From an uncultured Chloroflexia bacterium (GTDB taxonomy: Bacteria > Chloroflexota > Dehalococcoidia > SM23-28-2): a stretch of DNA of 64,000 nucleotides. The notes under the pieces are model-generated. The model ran no database searches. It saw only the letters and a program-made list of their open reading frames with translations, and had not been told where the DNA came from. A program made the translations under genes and the position numbers. The stretch spans positions 697,498-761,497 of the forward strand of contig OY969584.1 in assembly GCA_963701285.1 (NCBI GenBank), written 5' to 3'. Shown here piece after piece: positions 56,357 through 64,000 of the stretch; positions within the stretch are counted from its first letter, which is position 1, and each line of letters begins with the position of its first letter.

Positions 56357-56467
56357 CTAGCAGCGAGTGAAACCGCAGAGCGGGCAACAGATGCAGCCCT
56401 CGCCGTGGACCAGGGGGCCGGCACAGTCGGGACATCTGGGACCCTTGTGCTGGATGGACTTTCGCAT
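56357..56467 (-). CDS. Candidate 36-aa zinc-ribbon peptide (MRKSIQHKGPRCPDCAGPLVHGEGCICCPLCGFTRC) requiring a 1-nt correction
   Basis: ATG with strong SD AAGGAGG 7 nt upstream. As given, the frame runs on into GC-rich nonsense (part of track ORF 56157..56435). Removing one G/C near 56400 yields a clean CxxC...CxCC..C peptide. Confidence 0.3.
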   Translation of the reverse strand: MRKSIQHKGPRCPDCAGPLVHGEGCICCPLCGFTRC

Positions 56468-56607
56468 CGCGCCGCCTCCTTCTTAGAACCTCTGTTCTCT
56501 TTCACGGGCCAACGTACCAGAACGGTTGTTCGTTGTCAAGAGGGCGCCGGAAGAATTCTTCTCGCGCAGCGTTGTGGCGCCCGCTACAATGACCACGGCG
56601 GAAAGCG

Positions 56608-57762
56608 ATGCGCATCGTCATCTCCCCTCAGGAGTTCAAGGGCAGCCTCAGCGCCGCCGCGGCCGCGCAGGCTATGGCCGATGGCCTTCGCCGTGCCCTA
56701 CCCGACGCCGAGCTGGTGCTGGTGCCCATGGCCGACGGCGGGCCCGGCACCGTCGAGGCGGTGGTCAGCGCCAAGAACGGCCGCCGCCTGAAGACCACGG
56801 TCCGCGGGCCCCTCGGTGTTCCCGTCGAGGCCGCCTGGGGCATCGTCGACGGCGACACCGCCGTCATCGAGATGGCCGCCGCCTCGGGCCTGGTGCTGGT
56901 GCCCGAGGGCCAGCGCGACCCGCGTATCGCTTCCACCTACGGCACCGGGCAGCTCATCGCGGCTGCCCTGGCGGCGGGCTCTCGCCGGGTCATCGTGGGT
57001 ATGGGCGGCAGCGCCACCAACGACGGCGGCGCTGGCGTGGCTCAGGCCCTGGGCGCCCACCTGCTCGACGAGGCGGGCCGAGACCTGCCGCCCGGCGGCG
57101 CCGCCCTGGCCCGCCTGGCCCGCATCGACGTGTCGGGCCTCGACCCAAGGCTGCGCCAGGCGCGAGTGCTGGCCGCCAGCGACGTCTTCAACCCGCTCTG
57201 CGGGCTGCGCGGCGCCTCGGCGGTGTACGGGCCGCAGAAGGGGACGACGCCGCGGATGGTGCGCCAGCTTGACACCGCCCTGGCCCACTACGCCGCCGTC
57301 ATCGAGCGCGATCTGGGCGTGCGGGTGCTGGACCTGCCGGGGGCAGGCGCCGCCGGCGGTCTGGGCGCCGGGCTCGTGGCCTTCCTGGGCGCCGAGATCG
57401 TGCCCGGCTCGAAGCTGGTAGCCGAGACGGTGGGCTTGTCGCAGCGCATGGCCGGCGCCGACCTGGTCATCGCCGGGGAGGGGCGTCTGGACGCCCAGAC
57501 GGGCTTCGGCAAGGCGCCCTGGGAGGTGGCCCGCCTGGCCCGTGAGGCTCGCGTCCCTGTCATCGCGATAGCCGGGGCAGTGGGCGAAGACTGCGGGCCG
57601 GAGCTGCTGGCGGCCTTCGACGCTGTGGCTTCGATCTCGCCGGCGGGCGTGCCGCCGCAGGAGGCCATGGCCCGCGCCGGCGAACTGCTGGCCGCCGCCG
57701 CCGAGCAGGTGGGCCGCCTGTTGGCCCTGGGACGCCGCCTGGCTGAAGGAGGAGGCCGGTAA
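56608..57762 (+). CDS. glxK: Glycerate kinase (GlxK/GarK family)
   Basis: 384 aa: MRIVISPQEFKGSLSAAAAAQAMADG..., ...GGSATNDGGAG..., C-terminal ...GEGRLDAQT..GK.P..VA. Confidence 0.8.
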   Translation: MRIVISPQEFKGSLSAAAAAQAMADGLRRALPDAELVLVPMADGGPGTVEAVVSAKNGRRLKTTVRGPLGVPVEAAWGIVDGDTAVIEMAAASGLVLVPEGQRDPRIASTYGTGQLIAAALAAGSRRVIVGMGGSATNDGGAGVAQALGAHLLDEAGRDLPPGGAALARLARIDVSGLDPRLRQARVLAASDVFNPLCGLRGASAVYGPQKGTTPRMVRQLDTALAHYAAVIERDLGVRVLDLPGAGAAGGLGAGLVAFLGAEIVPGSKLVAETVGLSQRMAGADLVIAGEGRLDAQTGFGKAPWEVARLAREARVPVIAIAGAVGEDCGPELLAAFDAVASISPAGVPPQEAMARAGELLAAAAEQVGRLLALGRRLAEGGGR

Positions 57763-58307
57763 TGTCGCTCCTGGACGACTTCCAGCGCGTGGGCCGCGAC
57801 CTCTATGCGGCCGGCCTCGTATCCTCCCACGGCGGCAACGTCAGCGTCCGGCGCGGCGAGGCCCTCATCATCAGCACCCACGGCAGCCGCCTGGGCCACC
57901 TGACGCCGGCCGACCTGATCGAGGTGACGGCGGACGCCCTACCCACAGCCGAGCCGTCCATGGACCTGGCCCTCCATCAGGCCATCTATGCCGCCGCGCC
58001 CGAGGCGCGAGCGGTCGTGCACGCCCATCCTCGCCACGCCATCGCCCTGTCGCTGGCGTCCAGCGAGATCCGGCCGCGCGACCTGGAAGGCCAGCACTAC
58101 CTGGGGTTGGTGCCCGTCGTCGCCGGCGGCGAGAGCGTTGCGGCCGCCCTGGCCGCCGCCCTGCGAGAGCATAAGATAGCGGTCGTGGCCGGACACGGCA
58201 GCTACGCCTGGGGCCAAGACCTGTGGCAGGCGCTCCAGTGGACATCGGTGCTGGAGGAGAGCGCCCAGGTGCTGTGGCCGCTCCGCGTCCTCACGGGCGA
58301 GCGCTAG
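57762..58307 (+). CDS. Class II aldolase/adducin-family protein
   Basis: 181 aa: ...SSHGGNVSVR...STHGS... HAHP.HA... metal-binding His pattern. Start overlaps the glxK stop (TAATG). Confidence 0.65.
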   Translation: MSLLDDFQRVGRDLYAAGLVSSHGGNVSVRRGEALIISTHGSRLGHLTPADLIEVTADALPTAEPSMDLALHQAIYAAAPEARAVVHAHPRHAIALSLASSEIRPRDLEGQHYLGLVPVVAGGESVAAALAAALREHKIAVVAGHGSYAWGQDLWQALQWTSVLEESAQVLWPLRVLTGER

Positions 58308-58776
58308 ACGACGTGCCGCCAACCGGTTGAGGCAAGGGCGCCTCGGCCTGCCGGGGCTGGAAGAGGTTGGGGAAGATGAGGCAGATGAGCGCCCCCGCCA
58401 CGACGGCGGGCACGATGGTCCCCGCCCAGGTGATGTCCCCTTTCCCCCGGTGATAGAAGCTGCTGAGCACCACAACCACCTGCTCGATCAGCGCAAGCCA
58501 GAAAACCGGCCGGTGCCGTTGGGGGTCGCGCAAGGCCCAGATGTAGACGATGGCGGGGATGATGGCGGAGGCGCTGAAGACGCGGCCGCCGAGGATGCCG
58601 GACGCCTCTTTCATGTCGAAGAGGAAAGTGCGGGACAGCATCTCGGCGATCACGGCGAGAATCGCCCAGGCAGCGAGAAGGGCGAGCGTGACTCGCGGCT
58701 GGCGTAGCGTACGCAAGAGCGATTCCAGGAAGCTGGGCGGCCTTGGGGCCGGCTGAACCTCGCCCGTGGAAGCCAT
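58291..58776 (-). CDS. Hypothetical membrane protein (4-5 TM helices)
   Basis: 161-aa ORF, hydrophobic throughout. Confidence 0.4.
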   Translation of the reverse strand: MASTGEVQPAPRPPSFLESLLRTLRQPRVTLALLAAWAILAVIAEMLSRTFLFDMKEASGILGGRVFSASAIIPAIVYIWALRDPQRHRPVFWLALIEQVVVVLSSFYHRGKGDITWAGTIVPAVVAGALICLIFPNLFQPRQAEAPLPQPVGGTSSSARP

Positions 58777-58836
58777 CGCTAATCTCCTTGCCTGGTGAGC
58801 CTGCCTACCGGCAGGCAGGCAAGCTCACCGAACCGC

Positions 58837-59205
58837 CTACTCCATCCCCAGCTCCCGCAACCGCTCCTCCTCTATCCCCAGATAGTGGCCGATCTCGTGC
58901 AGGACGGTCCGGCGCACCTGCTCAGTCATCTCCTCGCGGCTGGAGCACAGCCGCTCATGGGCCCCCTGATAGATGACGATCTCGTCGGGCAGGCTCAGGG
59001 TGTATTGGCCACCGCGGTCGGGCAGCGGCAGGCCCAAGTAGAGGCCGAAGAGGTCGCTGGCGCGGCCGCCGCCGGCCATGCGGCGCTCGGCAAGGCTGGG
59101 GCGCCACTTGATGACGATATCGATGTTCTCCAGACGGTGGCGGAACTGAGGGGGCAGGTCGGCGAGGGCGGCCAGAACCAGCTTCCGAAACTCGGAGCGC
59201 TGCAT
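58837..59205 (-). CDS. Small zincin-like metallopeptidase-family protein (HExxH)
   Basis: 122 aa with VLHEIGHYLG near the C-terminus (minimal zincin fold family). Confidence 0.55.
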   Translation of the reverse strand: MQRSEFRKLVLAALADLPPQFRHRLENIDIVIKWRPSLAERRMAGGGRASDLFGLYLGLPLPDRGGQYTLSLPDEIVIYQGAHERLCSSREEMTEQVRRTVLHEIGHYLGIEEERLRELGME

Positions 59206-59209
59206 GCCC

Positions 59210-59662
59210 CTAGCTGTCTTTCGGCCAGAGGGACTGATAGCCGGTGCCAGTGACGGCGTTCTGGATCTCCGCCCGCTCCTGGCAGATGAGATCGTCGAGC
59301 ACCTGCTGACACTGCTGGGCGGCGTCCGGGAAACCAGCGTCCCTCACCCGCCACACGATGCGCTCCCAGATGCCGGTGTCCACCAGGGCCTCCACCCGCT
59401 TCGGCCACCAGACAGCACTGATCTTGTCCGGCAGGCGGAACCGGGGGCGTAGCTGCTTGATGGCCCGAAAGCGCTCCTCGAGCGAGCGGGCGCGCGGCAC
59501 AACCTTCACCAGCGGCCCTTCCACCTCCGAATGGCGGGCATCGATGAGGAGGCGGTGGGGCACAATCAGAAAGCGGATGGTGATAACGTCGGCCTTCTCG
59601 ATGGCGTCCAGGATGGCGTCGATGTCAATGGCGAAATCGTTGTCCATGGCAGACGGCTTCAT
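59210..59662 (-). CDS. Hypothetical protein, co-oriented 4 nt upstream of the zincin-like gene
   Basis: About 150 aa from MKPSAMDNDF...; lower GC; no motif recognised. The start may be further upstream (track 59695). Confidence 0.35.
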   Translation of the reverse strand: MKPSAMDNDFAIDIDAILDAIEKADVITIRFLIVPHRLLIDARHSEVEGPLVKVVPRARSLEERFRAIKQLRPRFRLPDKISAVWWPKRVEALVDTGIWERIVWRVRDAGFPDAAQQCQQVLDDLICQERAEIQNAVTGTGYQSLWPKDS

Positions 59663-59838
59663 TCTAGCATCGACCCTGAGAGGGCAGCAAGGCAAACGGA
59701 GAGCCCTTCACCCCCTCGCCCCGGGTCTGTGCCGGAATGTAGGGGAGGCCTTCAGGCCTCCAGAGACATCCGTGGCGACCCGAAGCCTGCCTGCCGGTGG
59801 GCAGGGTCGCCGCTACATCTCCTTGGCGTGCCGGGGGG

Positions 59839-61962
59839 CTAGCCGCCGCTCGTCGCCAGGTACGTCTCCAGGACGCGGCGCACCATGGGCGCCGCCTCGA
59901 GCGAGCCCGATTGGCCCTCGTCCAGGGCCACCAGGGCCACGATGCGCGCATCGTCGCGCGGGGCGTAGGCCACGAAGAACACGTGCTGCTGAAGGCCAAC
60001 GTCCTCGGCGGTGCCCGACTTGCCCGCCGCCGCCACGCTGGAGCCCAGGAAAGCCTGGTAGGAGGTGCCGCCCGGGCTGGCGATGACCAGCGTCAGCCCC
60101 TGCCGGATAGCGCCGAGGGTGGCGTCGGAGACGGGCAGGCGGCCCAGGTCTTTAGCCGAGAACTCCTGGGCGCTGCCATCGGCGGCCACGATGCTCTTCA
60201 CCAGGAGCGGCGTGCGCAGGACGCCCGTCCGGGCGAGGGCGCTGTACATGTTGGCCAGCTGTAGCGGTGTGACCAGCAGGTAGCCCTGCCCAATGCTCAT
60301 GTTCACGCTATCGCCGGTGTACCAGGGCTCGCCCTCGTTCTCCTGCTTCCACTTGGGGCCAGGCCCAACGCCTGTCGCCTCGTCCAGGCCTACTATGCCG
60401 GTGGCTTTGCCAAAGCCGAAGGCAGACGCGAAGGAGGGCAGGATCTCCGGGTCGATGCCGTCCAGCGTGACGGCCACTTCGAAGAAGACGGGGTTGCAGG
60501 AGGCCATGAGGCCTTCCGCCAGGGTAAGGGGGCCGCGGTCCACGCTTTGCCAGTTGTGCTTGGCGTTCTCGGGGCCCAGGCCGTACCACACCGGCGGGCA
60601 AGGGAAGGTGGAGGCGGTGGTGTAGCCGCCCTTTTCCAGGCCGGCGGCCATGGTCACCGGCTTGAAGGTGGAGCCCGGCGGGTAGGTGGCCGCCACCGCC
60701 CGGTCGAAAAAGGGCTGGCGCGGGTCGGCAGCCAGACGCTGGTAAGCGTCGCTGCTGAGACCGGTCACGAAATCGTTCGGGTTGAAGGTGGGATGGCTGG
60801 CCATGGCCAGCACGCTGTTGTCGATCGGGTCGAGCACGGTGATGCTGCCCGCTCGATCGCCCAGGGCGTTCTCCGCCTCCCGCTGCACGCTCACGTCCAG
60901 CGTCAGATGGATGTCCTTGCCGGGCGCGGCCTCGCGCTTGGCGATGGTGTGGCTCACCATCCCTTCCGGCGTGATGATGGTCAGGGTGCCGCCGCGCTGG
61001 CCCGCCAGCTCGTCCTGGAAGTGCGCCTCCAGGCCGGCGGCGCCCACCAGGTCACCCGGCCGATAGCCCTTCGGGCCCAGCTCCTTGAGCTGCTCTTCGG
61101 TGACCTCCGTCAGGTAGCCGAGGGTGTGGGCGGCCAGGCTTCCTTCAGGGTAGACCCGCTGCGTCTGCTGGCGCACCACCACTCCCTCCGTCTGCTCAAA
61201 GGGCGCCAGCGTCTCGGGCGGCGTGCCGTAGGGCAGGGTCTTCAGCGGAATGAAGTAGTAGGAAGGAACGTCGGCCTCCACCTCCGCCCGTACCTTATCG
61301 GCGGGTAGCTGCAGGCGCTGGGCCAGGTCGGCGATCAGCGCCTCCTTGTCCTTGATCATCCCCTTCACCACGCCGACCACCGGCACCTGTCCGTCCAGGG
61401 CCAGGGGCGTCCCGTGACGGTCGAAGATGGAGCCGCGACGGGGCAGGTCGGGGAAGAAGTGGACCAGCTTGGCGCCGTCGAGATCCTGGAAGATGAGCGA
61501 CGGGCTCCAGGCGACGCGCCAGGCTTCCTGGGCGCCCGAGCCCTCTCTGGCCAGCGTCATGCGGTTCACGTCCAGGATGTCGCCGAAGAAGGCGGTGTGA
61601 AACGTGACGGAGAAGGGGAGCTCGGTGGCCGCCCCGTCCGGCGAGGGATCGAAGATGTAGCTGACGCCCGTGATGGTCGCCTCCTCGGCGATGGCCTGAT
61701 AGCGGCCGACGAACTTCTCGCGGGTGATCTCGGCCTGGGAGGAGGAGGCCACCAGGTCGTACATGGCGTTGTAGTCGCCGCCCTGCCACAGCCGCAGGAA
61801 CTGCTCGGCCACGGCGGACGAGGACGACGGCGGCGCGGTCGTGGGCGAGGGTGTTCCGCCACCGTGTCCCTGGCCGCAGGCGACGGCCAGAAGGCACGCA
61901 GCGGCCAGGAGAGGAGCGATCCTAAGAGCAGGGCAGCGCACGGGCACCTCCCCGGCCGGCAA
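59839..61962 (-). CDS. Class B penicillin-binding protein (D,D-transpeptidase) with an N-terminal lipoprotein signal and an NTF2-like/dimerisation region
   Basis: 707 aa. Lipobox LLAVACG; transpeptidase motifs STFK (SxxK), SCN (SxN) and KSGT. Confidence 0.8.
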   Translation of the reverse strand: MPAGEVPVRCPALRIAPLLAAACLLAVACGQGHGGGTPSPTTAPPSSSSAVAEQFLRLWQGGDYNAMYDLVASSSQAEITREKFVGRYQAIAEEATITGVSYIFDPSPDGAATELPFSVTFHTAFFGDILDVNRMTLAREGSGAQEAWRVAWSPSLIFQDLDGAKLVHFFPDLPRRGSIFDRHGTPLALDGQVPVVGVVKGMIKDKEALIADLAQRLQLPADKVRAEVEADVPSYYFIPLKTLPYGTPPETLAPFEQTEGVVVRQQTQRVYPEGSLAAHTLGYLTEVTEEQLKELGPKGYRPGDLVGAAGLEAHFQDELAGQRGGTLTIITPEGMVSHTIAKREAAPGKDIHLTLDVSVQREAENALGDRAGSITVLDPIDNSVLAMASHPTFNPNDFVTGLSSDAYQRLAADPRQPFFDRAVAATYPPGSTFKPVTMAAGLEKGGYTTASTFPCPPVWYGLGPENAKHNWQSVDRGPLTLAEGLMASCNPVFFEVAVTLDGIDPEILPSFASAFGFGKATGIVGLDEATGVGPGPKWKQENEGEPWYTGDSVNMSIGQGYLLVTPLQLANMYSALARTGVLRTPLLVKSIVAADGSAQEFSAKDLGRLPVSDATLGAIRQGLTLVIASPGGTSYQAFLGSSVAAAGKSGTAEDVGLQQHVFFVAYAPRDDARIVALVALDEGQSGSLEAAPMVRRVLETYLATSGG

Positions 61963-62059
61963 GCCTAGCCGGCGCCCGCCGTGGCGAGCGGTTCGCCGCG
62001 CGGTACGCAGACGATTACCGGGAAAGACATGTCAACTGATTATACGCCGTGTCGGACGC

Positions 62060-63250
62060 CTACCAGTAGGCGATGTCTCCCTGCGCCAGCGCTCGGGCGA
62101 TGACCAGGCGCTGGATCTGGCTCGTGCCCTCCACGATCATGAGCTGGCGGGCGTCGCGGTAGTGCCGCTCGATGGGGTGATCCTTCATGTAGCCCTGGGC
62201 GCCCAGGATCTGGAGGGCGTCGGACGAGGCCTTGACCGCGGCCTCGGTGGCGAAGACCTTGGCCGCCGAGAAATAGGGGGCGTACTGCCGCTCGAACTTG
62301 CCCTGGTCGACGAGCCAGGCCGCGTGGTAGACGAGGTGGCGCGAGGCCTCCACCATGATCGCCATGTCGGCGAGCAACATTTGGATCGCCTGGTGCTCGA
62401 GGATGGGCCGCCCGAACGTTCGACGCTGCCGCGCGAAGTCCACGGCGTAGGCCAGGCAGCCAGCGGCCAGCCCCAGACCGCGAGCAGCTACCAGTGGTCG
62501 GCAGGTGTTCAGGGTGAGCATGGCGGCGCGAAAGCCGCGCCCGTCCTCCTTGCCCAGCAAATTGGCCGCCGGCACCCGGCAGGTCTGGAAGACCAGGTTG
62601 GCCGTGGGCACGCCGGTGACGCCCATCTTGCGGTCCAGCCGGGCCACCGCGAAGCCGGGGCTATCCGTAGGGACGACGAAGGCGGAGATGCCGCGCGGGC
62701 CGGCCTGGCCGCCCACCCGGGCGAAGACGACGACGAAGTCGGCGACGCTGCCGCCGGAGATGAAGGCCTTCTCGCCGTCGATGACGTAGTCGTCGCCGTC
62801 GCGCTGGGCGCGGGTCTCGAGGGCGGCGGCGTCGGAGCCGACGTTGGGTTCGGTCAGGCAGAACGCGCCCTTGGCGTCACCCGCCGCCGCGGCGGGTAGC
62901 CAGGCCCGCTTCTGGTCCTCCGTCCCGCCAATGACTATCGGCTGGGTAGAGAGGGCGGTCAAGATGATGATCAGGCCGGACGAGCAGCAGTACTTGGCCG
63001 TCTCCTCCACCGTCAGCGCCATGGCCAGGAAGCCGGCGCCCGAGCCGCCGTACTCGGGCGGGATGGTCAGGCCCGTGAAGCCCGCCTCGCGGAACAGGGC
63101 GAAGACGTCGTGCGGGTACTGCGCCTCCTCGTCGATGGCGGCGGCGCGTGGCGCGATGCGCTCGCGGGCGATGCGGCGCGCCGTATCGCGGATCAGCTTA
63201 TGTGCGTCGGTCAGCTCGTAGTCCACCGTGTCCTCCTCCTCAGGCGACAA
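62060..63250 (-). CDS. Acyl-CoA dehydrogenase
   Basis: 396 aa; ...CLTEPNVGSDAAAL..., C-terminal ...QILGAQGYMKDHPIERHYRDARQLMIVEGTSQIQRLVIAR (catalytic E). Confidence 0.85.
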   Translation of the reverse strand: MSPEEEDTVDYELTDAHKLIRDTARRIARERIAPRAAAIDEEAQYPHDVFALFREAGFTGLTIPPEYGGSGAGFLAMALTVEETAKYCCSSGLIIILTALSTQPIVIGGTEDQKRAWLPAAAAGDAKGAFCLTEPNVGSDAAALETRAQRDGDDYVIDGEKAFISGGSVADFVVVFARVGGQAGPRGISAFVVPTDSPGFAVARLDRKMGVTGVPTANLVFQTCRVPAANLLGKEDGRGFRAAMLTLNTCRPLVAARGLGLAAGCLAYAVDFARQRRTFGRPILEHQAIQMLLADMAIMVEASRHLVYHAAWLVDQGKFERQYAPYFSAAKVFATEAAVKASSDALQILGAQGYMKDHPIERHYRDARQLMIVEGTSQIQRLVIARALAQGDIAYW

Positions 63251-64000
63251 TACCGTTCTTTCTCAGGCGTTCGATCTCTTCTTCCGTGTGCCCCAGCTCC
63301 GCCAGCACCTCCTGCGTGTGCTCGCCCAAGAGCGGGGCCCGCCGCTGGAGGCACCCCGGCGTGCGGGACAGCTTGACCAGCAGGCCCGTCTGCCGGATGG
63401 GACCCCACTGGGGGTGATGGTGGTCCGCCATGAGGGCGTTGGCCTCCAGGTGCTCGTCCCGCAGGAGCTGGGCAAGGGTCGGCACGGGGGCGCAGGGAAC
63501 GCCGGCGCCATCGAGGCGAGCGAGCCACGTAGCCAGCGAATCGCGGCGGAAGATGGAGGCCAGCATCTGCCCCAGGGGCCCGTCGGCGGGGGCCGCGGCC
63601 GCCGTCTCCCAGGAGTGGCGCTGGGCCAGCTCCGGCCGGCCCAGGACACGGGCAAGGGCCGACCAGTGCTCCTCGCGGCGGCAGGCCAGGAGGAGCCAGC
63701 CGTCGCTGGCCTGGTAGGAGCGAACGACGGCCGAGGGGCCTAGGAAATCGGCCCCACCCTGCGGCTCCGCAGGCACGCCGTCATAGAACACAAAGCTCCC
63801 CGATTGGCCGGCGATAGTGGCGTTGGTCAGCGAGGTGACGACCCGCTGGCCCTGGCCGCTGCGCTCGCGCTCGAACAGGGCGCCGGCGATGCCGTAGGTG
63901 GCCAGCAGGGCGGCCGAGTAGTCGGTGATGGCCACCGACAGGAACACCGGCGGTTGGCCCTCGCCGCCCTGGACGGCCATTGCACCGGAACGGGCCTGGA
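63240..64000 (-). CDS. Family III CoA-transferase (CaiB/BaiF), paralogue 5; C-terminal 250 aa only (N-terminus beyond window end)
   Basis: ...HHPQWGPIRQTGLLVKLSRTPG...LLGEHTQEVLAELGHTEEEIERLRKNGIV, the typical family III C-terminus. The stop overlaps the ACAD start region. Confidence 0.7.
   Translation of the reverse strand, partial: QARSGAMAVQGGEGQPPVFLSVAITDYSAALLATYGIAGALFERERSGQGQRVVTSLTNATIAGQSGSFVFYDGVPAEPQGGADFLGPSAVVRSYQASDGWLLLACRREEHWSALARVLGRPELAQRHSWETAAAAPADGPLGQMLASIFRRDSLATWLARLDGAGVPCAPVPTLAQLLRDEHLEANALMADHHHPQWGPIRQTGLLVKLSRTPGCLQRRAPLLGEHTQEVLAELGHTEEEIERLRKNGIVA

Noticed and set aside
56080-56607. Chromosomal origin (dnaA boxes) next to rpmH
   Set aside because: No TTATCCACA/TGTGGATAA boxes and no dnaA gene. 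The region instead contains the rpmH promoter and a candidate small ORF.

Overview
High-GC (about 68-70%) bacterial chromosomal segment, probably from a Chloroflexi/Thermomicrobia-like or high-GC Gram-positive-like genome. It is densely coding, with no transposases, integrases or CRISPR arrays. Main blocks, left to right: (1) an HspR-type heat-shock locus on the minus strand (dnaJ-like, htrA-like, hspR, ytfJ-like, clpC-type ATPase) with a divergent, frameshifted hsp20 and a ParB-like gene at the window edge. (2) cinA and two tandem, mosaic TolB-like beta-propeller lipoprotein genes. (3) An orphan CbbQ/NorQ (MoxR AAA+) plus giant CbbO/NorD-like VWA pair, co-directional with coaE, followed by etfB-etfA and an EtfD-like membrane Fe-S oxidoreductase. 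(4) murJ, a 4xCxxC zinc-ribbon gene, and a T-box leader upstream of a small membrane ORF and ileS. (5) A roughly 12 kb CoA-metabolism block: four CaiB/BaiF family III CoA-transferase paralogues, an SDR, a repeat-domain lipoprotein, two enoyl-CoA hydratases and an acyl-CoA ligase. It ends in a pentapeptide-repeat/TIR-like fusion gene and sits between ileS and rpsT. (6) adh, SCP2, LCP-alr, a TPR/lytic transglycosylase, a beta-helix protein, and a speH / deoxyhypusine-synthase-like / speB polyamine cluster. (7) jag-yidC-[PQQ propeller]-yidD-rnpA-rpmH, glxK, a PBP, an acyl-CoA dehydrogenase and a fifth CoA-transferase. Non-coding highlights are three families of short GC-rich structured intergenic repeats, several near-consensus sigma70-like promoters and clean intrinsic terminators. 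Single-nucleotide frameshifts clearly split three genes (hsp20, the second TolB-like paralogue, essential ileS), and two further candidates (the CbbO-like N-terminus, a 36-aa zinc-ribbon ORF) may be split as well. This points to indel errors in the sequence, so frameshifts here should not be read as pseudogenes without checking. Hand-derived coordinates may be off by 1-2 nt.
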